Below, piece after piece: positions 7,614 through 16,655 of a stretch of 64,000 nucleotides of DNA. The notes beneath the pieces were generated by a model. The model had not been told where the DNA came from, searched no databases, and saw only the letters and a program-made list of their open reading frames with translations. The position numbers and the translations under genes were made by a program. The stretch is taken from positions 1-64,000 of the IMG/VR virus record IMGVR_UViG_3300038465_000055; one strand, given 5' to 3'. This DNA comes from a virus. Numbering within the stretch: position 1 is the first letter of the stretch; every line of letters starts with the position of its first letter.

Positions 7614-9077
7614 ATGGCCAAGACAACCGTGAAAGAGAAGCCCGCGGAGCAAGAGAAGATCGCCGATCAGCCGACGAACCAAGGCGCTGTCGCTGTATTT
7701 CATCCGCCGCGTCTAGCCTATGCGCCAGCTCTTGAGGAGCGCTATGGCGTCGACAAGGGCCAATGGAAAGTTTTGGTCGAAGCGATCTATCCATCGGCCA
7801 AGACCGAAGAAGCCGTCGTGATGGCGCTGGCCTATTGCAAGCAGCGCAAACTCGATCCGTTCAAGCGCCCGGTCCATATCGTTCCTATGTGGGACAGCAA
7901 GAAGGGCGCGTATGTCGAGACGATTTGGCCGTCGATATCTGAGCTACGCACCACAGCGTCACGAACAAAAAATTATGCCGGCATCGAAGAGGCTATATTT
8001 GGCCCGACACTCACCCGAAAATTCATCGGCGAGACTTACGTTAATAGACAACTACGGGAAGTCGAGATCGAGGTAGAATTTCCAGAATGGTGCCGGATGA
8101 CGGTCCACCGCATCGTCGGCAATATTCGCTGCGCGTTCGTCGGCCCCAAGGTTCTTTGGATCGAGAGCTACGCTACGATCGGCAAGACTGACCTTCCAAA
8201 CAATATGTGGCAGGAACGTACCGTTGGCCAGATCGAGAAGTGCGCCGAGGCCGCCGCGCTGCGCCGCGCCTTCCCCGAGGAGATCGGCAACGAATACGCC
8301 GCTGAGGAAATGGAGGGACGTAAGATCCCTGCGGGCATTGAAGTAGTTACGACCGCATCCAAGCGCGACGATGGTCCGCCGAAGCGAGTAGATGCCGCAA
8401 AGGCCACTGAGACCACGAAAGATCCTGCCAAGGAAGAAGTTACCGAAGGCGAATTCACCGAGACCGATGGCACCAAACACGACGCTGACGGTGTGGTGCA
8501 GGAGGATGACGGCGGCAATACATCAATGGATGATCCGGAGCCTGATAAGCCGATAGCTTGCGTTGTCGACTTCGCCGGGATGAATTTCGCCCAAGCCACA
8601 GCCGCCTACATCGCCGCGCTCGAAACATCCAAGACGACCAAAGACGTCATGGAATTTGCCACTCTCAACCGCACAAGCCTCGACAAGATCTTCGGTCGCT
8701 ATGAAAAGGGCGCTGCCGAAATCCGCAGGGCCGCTGAGAATATGCTGACGAAGCTGCGCCCGAAGAACGTCGAGAACGCTGGCAAGAAAAAGGACGATCC
8801 GATATCGAGCGGCCCGCAGAAGAAAGACGATGGTCCGCCGAAGCGCAAGCCGCCCGTTGGCACCACCACTGCTGGCACCAAGGCGCCAGTTGTCGACCCT
8901 GAAGCCGTTCTGAAAGAGATCAAGCGCATCATCGACGGTGTGACTGACCCGAATGAGTTGGATGGCGTCTGGCGTGATTACTGCGAGCCGCTGATGGAAG
9001 ATCTTTCATTCCCCGGCGATAAAACCGCAGCGCAACAGCTTCACAAGGAAGCAGAGAACCGATTAGGGATCGACTGA
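7614..9077 (+). CDS. bet: Bet/RecT-family single-strand annealing protein with long C-terminal extension
   Basis: YCKQRKLDPFKRPVHIVP, LRTTASRT..YAG, MW...QIEKCAEAAALRRAFPEE. Confidence 0.88.
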   Translation: MAKTTVKEKPAEQEKIADQPTNQGAVAVFHPPRLAYAPALEERYGVDKGQWKVLVEAIYPSAKTEEAVVMALAYCKQRKLDPFKRPVHIVPMWDSKKGAYVETIWPSISELRTTASRTKNYAGIEEAIFGPTLTRKFIGETYVNRQLREVEIEVEFPEWCRMTVHRIVGNIRCAFVGPKVLWIESYATIGKTDLPNNMWQERTVGQIEKCAEAAALRRAFPEEIGNEYAAEEMEGRKIPAGIEVVTTASKRDDGPPKRVDAAKATETTKDPAKEEVTEGEFTETDGTKHDADGVVQEDDGGNTSMDDPEPDKPIACVVDFAGMNFAQATAAYIAALETSKTTKDVMEFATLNRTSLDKIFGRYEKGAAEIRRAAENMLTKLRPKNVENAGKKKDDPISSGPQKKDDGPPKRKPPVGTTTAGTKAPVVDPEAVLKEIKRIIDGVTDPNELDGVWRDYCEPLMEDLSFPGDKTAAQQLHKEAENRLGID

Positions 9078-9078
9078 C

Positions 9079-9417
9079 ATGAAACTGGATCGCAACAACA
9101 TCAACGGCGATGGACGCGGCAAATATGGGCTGATCCGCAACCGCCGCATCAAGCAATTGCTTGAGACAGGGAATGTCCATGTCGCAGCAGCCGTGCAGCA
9201 GGCGCTCGACATCCTCGAACAACACGACGTTATAAATTGGGGGACCGGCGTGGACGATGAATTTTTCGTCATGATGCTCAAGGATCGGTTCACGTCGAGC
9301 GGATTGCAGGGCTACGCGATAAATGCATTCCACGTAGATCCGGAATATGGCGCCGATATATTCGCGCTGGCTGCGCGCTCCGGTCCGTACCATCCAGCCG
9401 TCAAGATGCCTGACTGA
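9079..9417 (+). CDS. Hypothetical phage protein
   Basis: 112-aa ORF in tight operon; EFFVMMLKDRF motif. Confidence 0.7.
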   Translation: MKLDRNNINGDGRGKYGLIRNRRIKQLLETGNVHVAAAVQQALDILEQHDVINWGTGVDDEFFVMMLKDRFTSSGLQGYAINAFHVDPEYGADIFALAARSGPYHPAVKMPD

Positions 9418-9776
9418 TGGGGCGAATGAAAGAAAAGATGCCTGATCTTTTCGGGGATGGCGCAGGCCAAATTCCGAAACGTATGGTCATGCCGCCTGAT
9501 CCCAAACCGTTGACGACCGATCTGGAGGGGTGTCCGCAGGAGATCGCTAATCTATTTGAGCGCCTAGCCCTTCAACTGCACCGCGAAGGACGAAGCCACT
9601 TTTCATCGGACGCTATCCTGCACCGTATTCGCTGGTACCTGAATGTTGAACGCGGAGACGGTGATTTCAAGTGTAACGACCACTGGACTGCACCGCTCGC
9701 GCGCTGGTTCATGGCATCCCATCCAGAATGTAAAAACTTTTTCGAATTACGTGTACGCAAAAGCAAACAGACATGA
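9417..9776 (+). CDS. Conserved hypothetical phage protein
   Basis: FERLAL...SSDAILHRIRW...FKCND...LARWF...FFELR. Confidence 0.75.
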   Translation: MGRMKEKMPDLFGDGAGQIPKRMVMPPDPKPLTTDLEGCPQEIANLFERLALQLHREGRSHFSSDAILHRIRWYLNVERGDGDFKCNDHWTAPLARWFMASHPECKNFFELRVRKSKQT

Positions 9777-10213
9777 GCACGGATCTTTCAGGAAGGATGT
9801 TCGAGCGGCGCGGCAATACGTTGGTGCCGTCCGACTTTATGGCCGAAGAATTTTTGCAAAGCCTGAAGGAAGCCAAGCCGGTATTACTCGACTTCAAGAA
9901 GCCACGCAGCCCTGAGAACCATGCGCACTTCTTTGCGATCTTGCACAAGGCGCTCGAACATCTCGAAGGCTTTGAGGACGAGGATGCTTTGCTCGATTCC
10001 ATCAAACTCGCAGTTGGCCACGTCCGGCAAATCATGCTGGTCGACGGCACCATCGCTTTCGTCCCGAAGTCCATCAGGTTCGCCGCTATGCCTGAAGATC
10101 AATTCAAGCGCTTCAAGGATCGCGCGCTGTTCGTGCTGTCCGAATTACTCGGGTTCGATGCAATCACGCTTCTGCCTGAGATCAACAAGGCCAACAGGAG
10201 AAACCGACGATGA
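9773..10213 (+). CDS. DUF1367/NinB-like protein
   Basis: PRSPENHAHFFA...IKLAVGH...PKSIRFAAMPEDQF. Confidence 0.75.
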   Translation: MSTDLSGRMFERRGNTLVPSDFMAEEFLQSLKEAKPVLLDFKKPRSPENHAHFFAILHKALEHLEGFEDEDALLDSIKLAVGHVRQIMLVDGTIAFVPKSIRFAAMPEDQFKRFKDRALFVLSELLGFDAITLLPEINKANRRNRR

Positions 10214-10746
10214 CTAAACGGCAGAAGCCAAAGGACGAGATTATCGAAGATCAGCTAGAGAAGATTGAGGATCTGGCAGGATTGCTCGTCGACGAACAAA
10301 CGACAAACAAGCATCTCCTTAACAAGATCGCTTCGGCCGATCATGAATTGGCTGAAGTGCGTGAGAGGGAGCGTGATGCGATCGTGCGTGCCGGCGCCAT
10401 GGCAGCTCAATATGACTCTCTTAAAAAATCCGCCGAGCACACCGACGATCTATTGAGTGAATCCAACGCCGCCCTATCCGAAAGCCGCAAGCACTTCGGC
10501 GAGATGAAGCAACAGCTCCTCGAGTCCGAAAAGACAATCGCCCGGCTGCAAGGCTACGTCGACCGCGTCAAAGAGGATGACAACGCCAGAGATGGATTCG
10601 ACGTGGTCGAGCAAAAGCGAGAGGTCGTTCTACCCCGCCGGCATCCAGATGCGGGTTCTTCATTGAGTGTCCTGCCGGACGCCGCAGGCGGTACATACCG
10701 ATCAATGGCCACCGTCCGCCCCAAGCGGCACTGGACCGATTACTGA
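10210..10746 (+). CDS. Hypothetical coiled-coil protein
   Basis: 178 aa, heptad repeats, ATGA-coupled. Confidence 0.7.
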   Translation: MTKRQKPKDEIIEDQLEKIEDLAGLLVDEQTTNKHLLNKIASADHELAEVRERERDAIVRAGAMAAQYDSLKKSAEHTDDLLSESNAALSESRKHFGEMKQQLLESEKTIARLQGYVDRVKEDDNARDGFDVVEQKREVVLPRRHPDAGSSLSVLPDAAGGTYRSMATVRPKRHWTDY

Positions 10747-10753
10747 TATTACA

Positions 10754-10918
10754 ATGGCTTACCGCGACCCCACGAAGATCAAATTCCCTCCCGCCTGCGT
10801 AAAGTGCGGGGAACGGCCGCGAAAGTTACCTTACACGAAATGCTACACCTGCCGATTAAGAATTCTTCGGGCAGCATCCAAAAAGGGATGGGTGTTTCGA
10901 AAGAGGAAAAACAGATGA
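10754..10918 (+). CDS. Small zinc-finger protein
   Basis: CVKC...CYTC; stop overlaps the next ATG. Confidence 0.55.
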   Translation: MAYRDPTKIKFPPACVKCGERPRKLPYTKCYTCRLRILRAASKKGWVFRKRKNR

Positions 10919-12657
10919 AACTCCCCATTCCAGCCGCAGCGATCGAACAACACGTCATTGCCCTTGGCAAGACGCGCTCCGGGAAGTCGTCGAAGATGCG
11001 CGTCATCGTCGAGTATTTCCTCGATCGCAAGACGCCTGTTTGCATCATTGACCCGAAGGGCGATTGGTGGGGCCTGAAGTCCTCCGCTGACGGCAAGAGC
11101 GCTGGCTATCCGATCATTATCTTTGGCAGCGAGTACGCGCGCCATGCTGACGTGCGGATCAATGCGACATCTGGCGCCGAGATCGGCCGCCTCGTCGCAA
11201 CCGGCAATCGTCCTGCCCTGATAGACCTGAAGGGCATGAAGGTCGCAGATCGCAACCGGTTTTTTATTGGCTTCGCGGAGTCCTATTTCCGGCACGCCGC
11301 TGGCGAGCGCGTGCTGATGATCGACGAGGTTCATAATTTTGCGCCGCAAGGCAAGATGCTTTCGTTCGAGGCGACCGAGTCATTGCATTGGGCGAACCGG
11401 CTGATCACGGAAGGCGGCGGCCTGGGAATCACGATGTTCTCCGCATCGCAGCGACCGCAGAAGGTCCACAAGGATTTTGTCACCTCGAACGAAACACTTA
11501 TCGCGTGCCGCGTGATCCACAAGCGCGACCGCGACGCTGATAAGGAATGGGTCGACGCCTGCGGAGATCCTGACGTCGCGAAAGAGATGCTGGCATCGCT
11601 GGCGTCGATGCCGCGTACCGATGCATGGGTTTATTCGCCGGAAGTCGGATTCGGTCCGAAGCAAATCACGTGGCCGATGTTTCAGACCTACGATTCGTTC
11701 GCACCGCAAGGCGTGTCGAAAGCCAAGTTGAAGGGCTGGGCCGACGTCGACCTTGGCGAAGTGCAAGCGGCGATCGCCAAGACGGTCGAGGAGCACAAGG
11801 CGAACGATCCAAAAGAATTGAAGGCGGAGATTGCCCGGCTCAAGGCGGATCTGGCCAAGAAAGCAACGCTGGCGCAGATGGTGGCACCTATTACTGTGCC
11901 CGATCAGGACATGCTTTCGCTGGCCGAGGCGCGGGGATTTGAGCGCGGACTGCAATACGGACTACAGGCATTCGCCGGGCTAGAAGTGGCCGCCCGTAAG
12001 CTAGATTCAGCGCTGGGCGATATTGCCTCCGAGGTTCGCGGCGCCATACAGCGGGCTAGCGATCGACTTACACAGGCACCTAAATTCCAATCGGGCCCCC
12101 CAGCGGTTAACGGCAAATTTCCCGCTGACGCCCCGAAGCGAGCGCCGGCCGCACCGGATGTTCGCAAGCCGCCGCCTAGTGGGGAGCGTGGCGGCGGCAC
12201 CAAATTACCCAAGGCGGAACGGTCGATCCTGACTGCGCTGGCGCAGGTTGGCAACGCATCAAAGGTCAAGATCGCTGTCCTGACCCGTTATGCTGTGACC
12301 GGAGGCGGTTTCAACAATGCGCTGGGCGCGCTGCGCCGCAATCTGTGGATCGATGATTATGGCGCTGGCATGTTGTCGATCACCACTGCCGGAATGGAAG
12401 CGCTTGGCGATTGGACGCCCTTGCCGACCGGCGACGCATTGCTCCAATACTGGTTTTCACAATTACCGAAGGCAGAGCGCGCAATCCTAGCAGTGCTTTG
12501 CGAAGGCTATCCCAGCGTGTTCGATAAAGAACGTCTGGCGACACAAGCCGGGTACGAGGCCAAAGGCGGCGGTTTCAATAATGCCCTTGGCAAGCTTCGC
12601 ACCCTTGAACTAATCGAGCGCAAGGAATTGCGAGCATCACAGGATCTATTCGGATGA
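10915..12657 (+). CDS. HerA/FtsK-family (DUF87-like) ATPase with duplicated C-terminal winged-helix-like domains
   Basis: Walker A GKTRSGKS, IIDPKGD, Walker B LMIDEVH, SQRP; repeat LPKAERxIL...GGGFNNALGxLR twice. Confidence 0.85.
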   Translation: MKLPIPAAAIEQHVIALGKTRSGKSSKMRVIVEYFLDRKTPVCIIDPKGDWWGLKSSADGKSAGYPIIIFGSEYARHADVRINATSGAEIGRLVATGNRPALIDLKGMKVADRNRFFIGFAESYFRHAAGERVLMIDEVHNFAPQGKMLSFEATESLHWANRLITEGGGLGITMFSASQRPQKVHKDFVTSNETLIACRVIHKRDRDADKEWVDACGDPDVAKEMLASLASMPRTDAWVYSPEVGFGPKQITWPMFQTYDSFAPQGVSKAKLKGWADVDLGEVQAAIAKTVEEHKANDPKELKAEIARLKADLAKKATLAQMVAPITVPDQDMLSLAEARGFERGLQYGLQAFAGLEVAARKLDSALGDIASEVRGAIQRASDRLTQAPKFQSGPPAVNGKFPADAPKRAPAAPDVRKPPPSGERGGGTKLPKAERSILTALAQVGNASKVKIAVLTRYAVTGGGFNNALGALRRNLWIDDYGAGMLSITTAGMEALGDWTPLPTGDALLQYWFSQLPKAERAILAVLCEGYPSVFDKERLATQAGYEAKGGGFNNALGKLRTLELIERKELRASQDLFG

Positions 12658-12914
12658 GCGATGATCGTGCAACGCGCGCCGCGCGCGAGAAGGCCATGGC
12701 GCGGCCAGAGTTGCGAGGCACGGAATTCTATTTTGATTTCCCCGCAGCGATACCGCCAGAGGGCGAGAAGCTTTTTACAGTAGTGGTGACAGACGGTCCC
12801 GGCCCGCAATACAAGCTGCCGTTCAACGTCATCTATCGCGACGGGCGATGGTTCAATCCGAGGTATGGCGATAAGCAACTCACTGTCCGCGTGATCAGAT
12901 GGCGGTTCGCATGA
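12654..12914 (+). CDS. Hypothetical protein
   Basis: 86 aa, ATGA-coupled on both sides. Confidence 0.6.
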   Translation: MSDDRATRAAREKAMARPELRGTEFYFDFPAAIPPEGEKLFTVVVTDGPGPQYKLPFNVIYRDGRWFNPRYGDKQLTVRVIRWRFA

Positions 12915-13294
12915 GACCGCACCGGAAGGCAATTACCGATCGCGTCAAGCGCATCGTGCTGGAACGCCAGCGCAATATTTGCGACGGATGCGGGGTTCTG
13001 ATGACAACAGACGACAAGAAGCAATTCGACCATCGGCCTGCGCTGGAACAGCGGGAGGTGAACGCAAAATGGACCGACTACATTCCACCGCAGCTCGATC
13101 CGAAGTATATCGACGCGCTTCACGTCGACTGCCATTTGAAGCGAACGGTTGGACGAACGCCCGGCGCCGACAAGACGGTGACGACTAAAGGATCTGACGC
13201 ATGGCTTGCTGCAAAATTCCGCCGCCTTGAGGGAAGAAACAAACCGAAGCGACGCCAGAAGATTCCAGCGCGGCCATTTCAGAAACGAGCCTAA
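12911..13294 (+). CDS. HNH-family nuclease
   Basis: CDGCG...FDHRPAL...LHVDCHLKRT. Confidence 0.75.
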   Translation: MRPHRKAITDRVKRIVLERQRNICDGCGVLMTTDDKKQFDHRPALEQREVNAKWTDYIPPQLDPKYIDALHVDCHLKRTVGRTPGADKTVTTKGSDAWLAAKFRRLEGRNKPKRRQKIPARPFQKRA

Positions 13295-13297
13295 CCG

Positions 13298-13918
13298 ATG
13301 ACGTTTAATCCATACGAGGTGCTAGACGTGCCACGCGATGCCAGCCAGACGGATATCAGCCGCGCCTATAAGCGGAAGGCAAAAATCCATCACCCGGACA
13401 AGGGCGGCGATCGCGATGATTTCGAAAAGCTTGTCCAGTCCAATATGGTTCTGTCCGACCCGAAGAAGCGATCCAAATACGACACCACCGGAAAGATCGA
13501 CGAGGAGCACCCCGACAATACCGAGGGGATTTTTATCGCCCGCGCGATTGCAGCGATTTTGCAAGCCGCCGACGCCGCCGGCAAACACGGCGAGCCGACG
13601 CTTTTCGACCTAGTCCAGATGGCAAAGGAACAGATCAATAAAGACATACTGGCCACACGCCAGAATCAGACAATGGTCGAGATCAACGCCAAGCGGGTGG
13701 AAAATATCGCTTCCAAGATGCTGCGCAAGTCCAAGGATGGCCAACCTGATTTTGTCGTTCGCGGCATTCAGCGTCACGCTGGCATGATGCGCGAGGCTAT
13801 CGAAAAATCTGACATCCAGATCGTGACCATGCAAGGCGCGCTGAAGATCCTCGAAGATTATGACTTCGTCAAAGACGTGCAACAGGCCGTTACAACATTC
13901 TATGTGACAACACGCTGA
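13298..13918 (+). CDS. DnaJ (J-domain) protein
   Basis: NPYEVLDV...AYKRKAKIHHPDKGG...VLSDPKKRSKYD with intact HPD. Confidence 0.9.
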   Translation: MTFNPYEVLDVPRDASQTDISRAYKRKAKIHHPDKGGDRDDFEKLVQSNMVLSDPKKRSKYDTTGKIDEEHPDNTEGIFIARAIAAILQAADAAGKHGEPTLFDLVQMAKEQINKDILATRQNQTMVEINAKRVENIASKMLRKSKDGQPDFVVRGIQRHAGMMREAIEKSDIQIVTMQGALKILEDYDFVKDVQQAVTTFYVTTR

Positions 13919-14274
13919 TGCCGATCCGGCCAGAAAACAAAGACCGTTATCCGAAAGACTGGCCAGCCATCAGCCTGAGGATACGCGAGCGCGCAGGCAA
14001 TAGATGCGAAAAATGCGGAGTTCCTAATGGAGAATTTATTGTTCGTCACGATGATGGCACGTGGGAAATTACCGACATGATCTTCGCTGGAACCAAGATA
14101 GTTCTGACCGTAGCGCACCTTGATCACACGCCGGAACATTGCGACGACGAAAACCTGCGCGCATGGTGCCAACGCTGCCACAATCGATATGACGAGCCAG
14201 AGCGACGCCGAGGCATCCGAGCAAGAGCGCGAGCATCGCGCGCATCAGGAGATCTATTCGAGGGTAAGACATGA
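13918..14274 (+). CDS. HNH-like Zn-binding protein
   Basis: RYPKDW...RAGNRCEKC...VLTVAHLDH...NLRAWCQRCHNRYD. Confidence 0.8.
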   Translation: MPIRPENKDRYPKDWPAISLRIRERAGNRCEKCGVPNGEFIVRHDDGTWEITDMIFAGTKIVLTVAHLDHTPEHCDDENLRAWCQRCHNRYDEPERRRGIRARARASRASGDLFEGKT

Positions 14275-14453
14275 CTGCGACCTTGCTGGTTTATTTCATC
14301 CTGACAAAAGCCCTGACGTGGGAATTTTTTGCCGTCGAACACACCGACAAAAGTTATTGCGAGATGTCCAGCGATTCGTTAAAGCGCAATTTCGCTGGCA
14401 AGATCGGCAATATGAAAATCATCTGCGCGCCAGACGTCGGCGCCGATATCTGA
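14271..14453 (+). CDS. Small hypothetical protein
   Basis: 60 aa, ATGA-coupled; hydrophobic N-terminus, two Cys. Confidence 0.45.
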   Translation: MTATLLVYFILTKALTWEFFAVEHTDKSYCEMSSDSLKRNFAGKIGNMKIICAPDVGADI

Positions 14454-14503
14454 AAAGAATTGGCGATCGCATGTCGCGCTCGCCGTTACCCCGAGGAGAG
14501 ACT

Positions 14504-15046
14504 ATGAGAAGGTTAATTTACGCTGCGGCTATGATAACCGCGATTTCACCAGCGATCGCCAACGAAGCGCCCGTCAAACCAGAACCGCCCAAGCCCACCA
14601 TGACCATCGACGAATGCATGACGGTGCTGGCTGGCCTCGAAGCGCTCGACGGCTACACGACGATCATCAAGGAGGGAAAGCCCGATGCTCAAGTCGTCGT
14701 TCGTTCCTATGTATTCGGCAACGGTGCGCTGCGAGACGATATCGCCCAAAACCTCACCGCCTTGCGTGACGTTCGCCGATCGACGCAGGAAACTCAGAAC
14801 GCGATCGTCAAAGAGATCGGGAAGGGTGCCAACGATATCCCTGCACAGATCATGGGGCCTGACGGCAAGCAGTTAATCTCGAACCCTGACTATGTCGAAT
14901 ATGTCAGGCAGGTTAACCAGCTCACCGCCAAGCCGTGCAACGCCATCCCCGTTCCCATCAGGCTCAAGGATCTGAAACTGGACATCAACGAAATACCAAA
15001 CTCCACCATCTCAAATCTCGGAAAGATTCTTGTCCGGGATAAGTAA
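14504..15046 (+). CDS. Signal-peptide protein with a DUF1617-like helical body
   Basis: RBS GAGGAG; MRRLIYAAAMITAISPAIA leader; IAQNLTALR...IRLKDLKLD..IPNSTISNL. Confidence 0.7.
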   Translation: MRRLIYAAAMITAISPAIANEAPVKPEPPKPTMTIDECMTVLAGLEALDGYTTIIKEGKPDAQVVVRSYVFGNGALRDDIAQNLTALRDVRRSTQETQNAIVKEIGKGANDIPAQIMGPDGKQLISNPDYVEYVRQVNQLTAKPCNAIPVPIRLKDLKLDINEIPNSTISNLGKILVRDK

Positions 15047-15074
15047 CAAGCATAACAATCTTGGGGATCGATTC

Positions 15075-15113
15075 GCCCGCTGCCGGTGGACCGGTGGCGG
15101 GCTCCTCATTTTT
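15075..15113 (+). terminator. Probable terminator of the rightward operon
   Basis: GCCCGCTGCCGG/CCGGTGGCGGGC stem followed by TCCTCATTTTT. Confidence 0.55.
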
Positions 15114-15126
15114 GGAGCTGCACACA

Positions 15127-15333
15127 ATGGCCATCAACACAAGCAACGAATTCCAGCAATCAAAGACACACTGCCCGGCAGGACATCCCTACACGCCAGA
15201 GAACACAATTCAGGTAAAATCGACCAAGCCGGGGCACTTCAAACGGCAATGCCGCAAATGCAAGAACCTCTCCGCCTCCAGACGCAACAAAGAAAAAGGA
15301 CCGCAAGCAGATAAGCCAGCGGCCCGAGTCTAG
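15127..15333 (+). CDS. Stand-alone HNH-associated Zn domain protein (KTHCPAGHPY...RQCRKC)
   Basis: GGAG RBS; same motif type as the C-terminus of the HNH at 7082. Confidence 0.6.
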   Translation: MAINTSNEFQQSKTHCPAGHPYTPENTIQVKSTKPGHFKRQCRKCKNLSASRRNKEKGPQADKPAARV

Positions 15334-15365
15334 GGAGGAAACGCCCAAGGAGGGCAGCGATAGTG
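15288..15365 (-). ncRNA. mmgR: suhB/MmgR (alpha-r8)-family small RNA
   Basis: Minus strand reads GCCCTCCTTGGGCG-TTTCCTCCCT-AGACTCGGGCCGC...GCGGTCC-TTTTTCTTT: hairpin, conserved UUUCCUCCCU decamer (15332-15341), terminator. Confidence 0.75.
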
Positions 15366-15385
15366 CGAAAGGTCGGACGGACGAC

Positions 15386-15394
15386 TGCGATGCA
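15386..15394 (-). promoter_or_regulatory. PhaR/AniA-like box upstream of the sRNA
   Basis: TGCATCGCA (TGC-N3-GCA) about 20-30 bp upstream of the sRNA. Confidence 0.45.
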
Positions 15395-15446
15395 CTACCG
15401 CCGACTCGATCATAACCCTCTATTGCCGATTCCCTCAATAGATTTG

Positions 15447-16253
15447 TCAGCGCGCAGTGCGGCCCTTGGCCATAAAGGGGATTACAGCCGTGACGCCGAC
15501 GAACAGCAGCATCAGGATAGCCTGTATCCACCCGATCACGTCACTGCGGCCTGATCCGACGCTAGAATTATCCGCCTGCGCTCGGCTTAACTTTTGCACC
15601 TCACCAATAAGCGAAGCGAGCGCCGGATCTTGAAATTTCTGTTTGCCAAGACCTTCAGCTCCGGTTTGTTCAAGCGCTGTTAGTCGTGTGCCAATAACTC
15701 CAAATTGTGCTTGGATACCAGCAAAACTGTTCTGCAAATTCCTAGCCTGTTCATCCGCGGTGTTCTTCACAAGCGTTCGCACATCGTCCGCTGATTTTGT
15801 GACCTGAGCGCTCAACACCAACGCGGCGTCGTCGCCCTTCTTCGCCAGCGCCGCAGCCGTTGCGTTTGCGCGCTCGCTGGCGACCGAAACGTTGTTGGTG
15901 TCAACAATACGGATGGCATCCAGCCTGTTGGCTTCCGCTTTGCGCAGCTTGTCTTCGTAGTCAGCTCGCAATGAGGAATTTTCTTTCAGGCTGTTATATC
16001 GCAACTCCTCCAGCGAGGCTTGTGCTACTCTCAAATCGTCCTGCCGCTTGACCGTAAGATCCAGAACATCGTCAATCCGCTTGACGGCGGCTAACACCAG
16101 ATCGAGAACATTCTTGGTGGGATCAATAGCGGAATTGCCTCTGGAATCTACCGGCTGGCCGGGCTTGGACGGCGCTATAGCCGCATCCTGTGCCGACACT
16201 GGCGAAGAAAGCATCGCCATGAAGGTCAATGCTGCTAGAGCCGCCTTTAACAT
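15447..16253 (-). CDS. Signal peptide + coiled coil + C-terminal TM protein (lysis region)
   Basis: MLKAALAALTFMAMLSSPVSA leader; C-terminal hydrophobic helix. Confidence 0.7.
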   Translation of the reverse strand: MLKAALAALTFMAMLSSPVSAQDAAIAPSKPGQPVDSRGNSAIDPTKNVLDLVLAAVKRIDDVLDLTVKRQDDLRVAQASLEELRYNSLKENSSLRADYEDKLRKAEANRLDAIRIVDTNNVSVASERANATAAALAKKGDDAALVLSAQVTKSADDVRTLVKNTADEQARNLQNSFAGIQAQFGVIGTRLTALEQTGAEGLGKQKFQDPALASLIGEVQKLSRAQADNSSVGSGRSDVIGWIQAILMLLFVGVTAVIPFMAKGRTAR

Positions 16254-16263
16254 TTGTCTTTTT

Positions 16264-16638
16264 TCACCCCCGGCCGAGATAGGACTCTATCAAATGGCCA
16301 GCGAAACCTACCACAGTTCCGACCGCAAGAATGAAGGCCCAGAATAATTTGCTGGCCCACATCACACCGCCTCTGCGAGCGATATCGGTATTATACGCCG
16401 AGATCGTCGGCATGACATTATCGTCGAGATCATTTTTTAATTCTGCGACGTCTTGAATGGCACCGTCGATCTTGCTGGCCATCTGCCCTACTTGTGCTGA
16501 CAGGCCCTCAAAACGTTCGTAAAGTGCCTTGCGTGATGCTGCCGCCGCGGTCTCCTGAGACTTCCATTGATCAGCCATGCCACGCACCGTGCCCTCAAGG
16601 TCACCTAGCGCTCGAATAAGTGAGTTAGGAGTCGCCAT
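16264..16638 (-). CDS. Coiled-coil protein with C-terminal TM (holin-associated, DUF1515-like)
   Basis: ALGDLEGTVRG...SRKALYERFE; TM at C-terminus. Confidence 0.65.
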   Translation of the reverse strand: MATPNSLIRALGDLEGTVRGMADQWKSQETAAAASRKALYERFEGLSAQVGQMASKIDGAIQDVAELKNDLDDNVMPTISAYNTDIARRGGVMWASKLFWAFILAVGTVVGFAGHLIESYLGRG

Positions 16639-16655
16639 CGGTTTGTGCTTTTCCC

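Noticed and set aside
14120-14503. N-terminal 128 aa of the 308-aa ORF
   Set aside because: Overlaps two better ORFs; RBS and signal peptide point to ATG 14504
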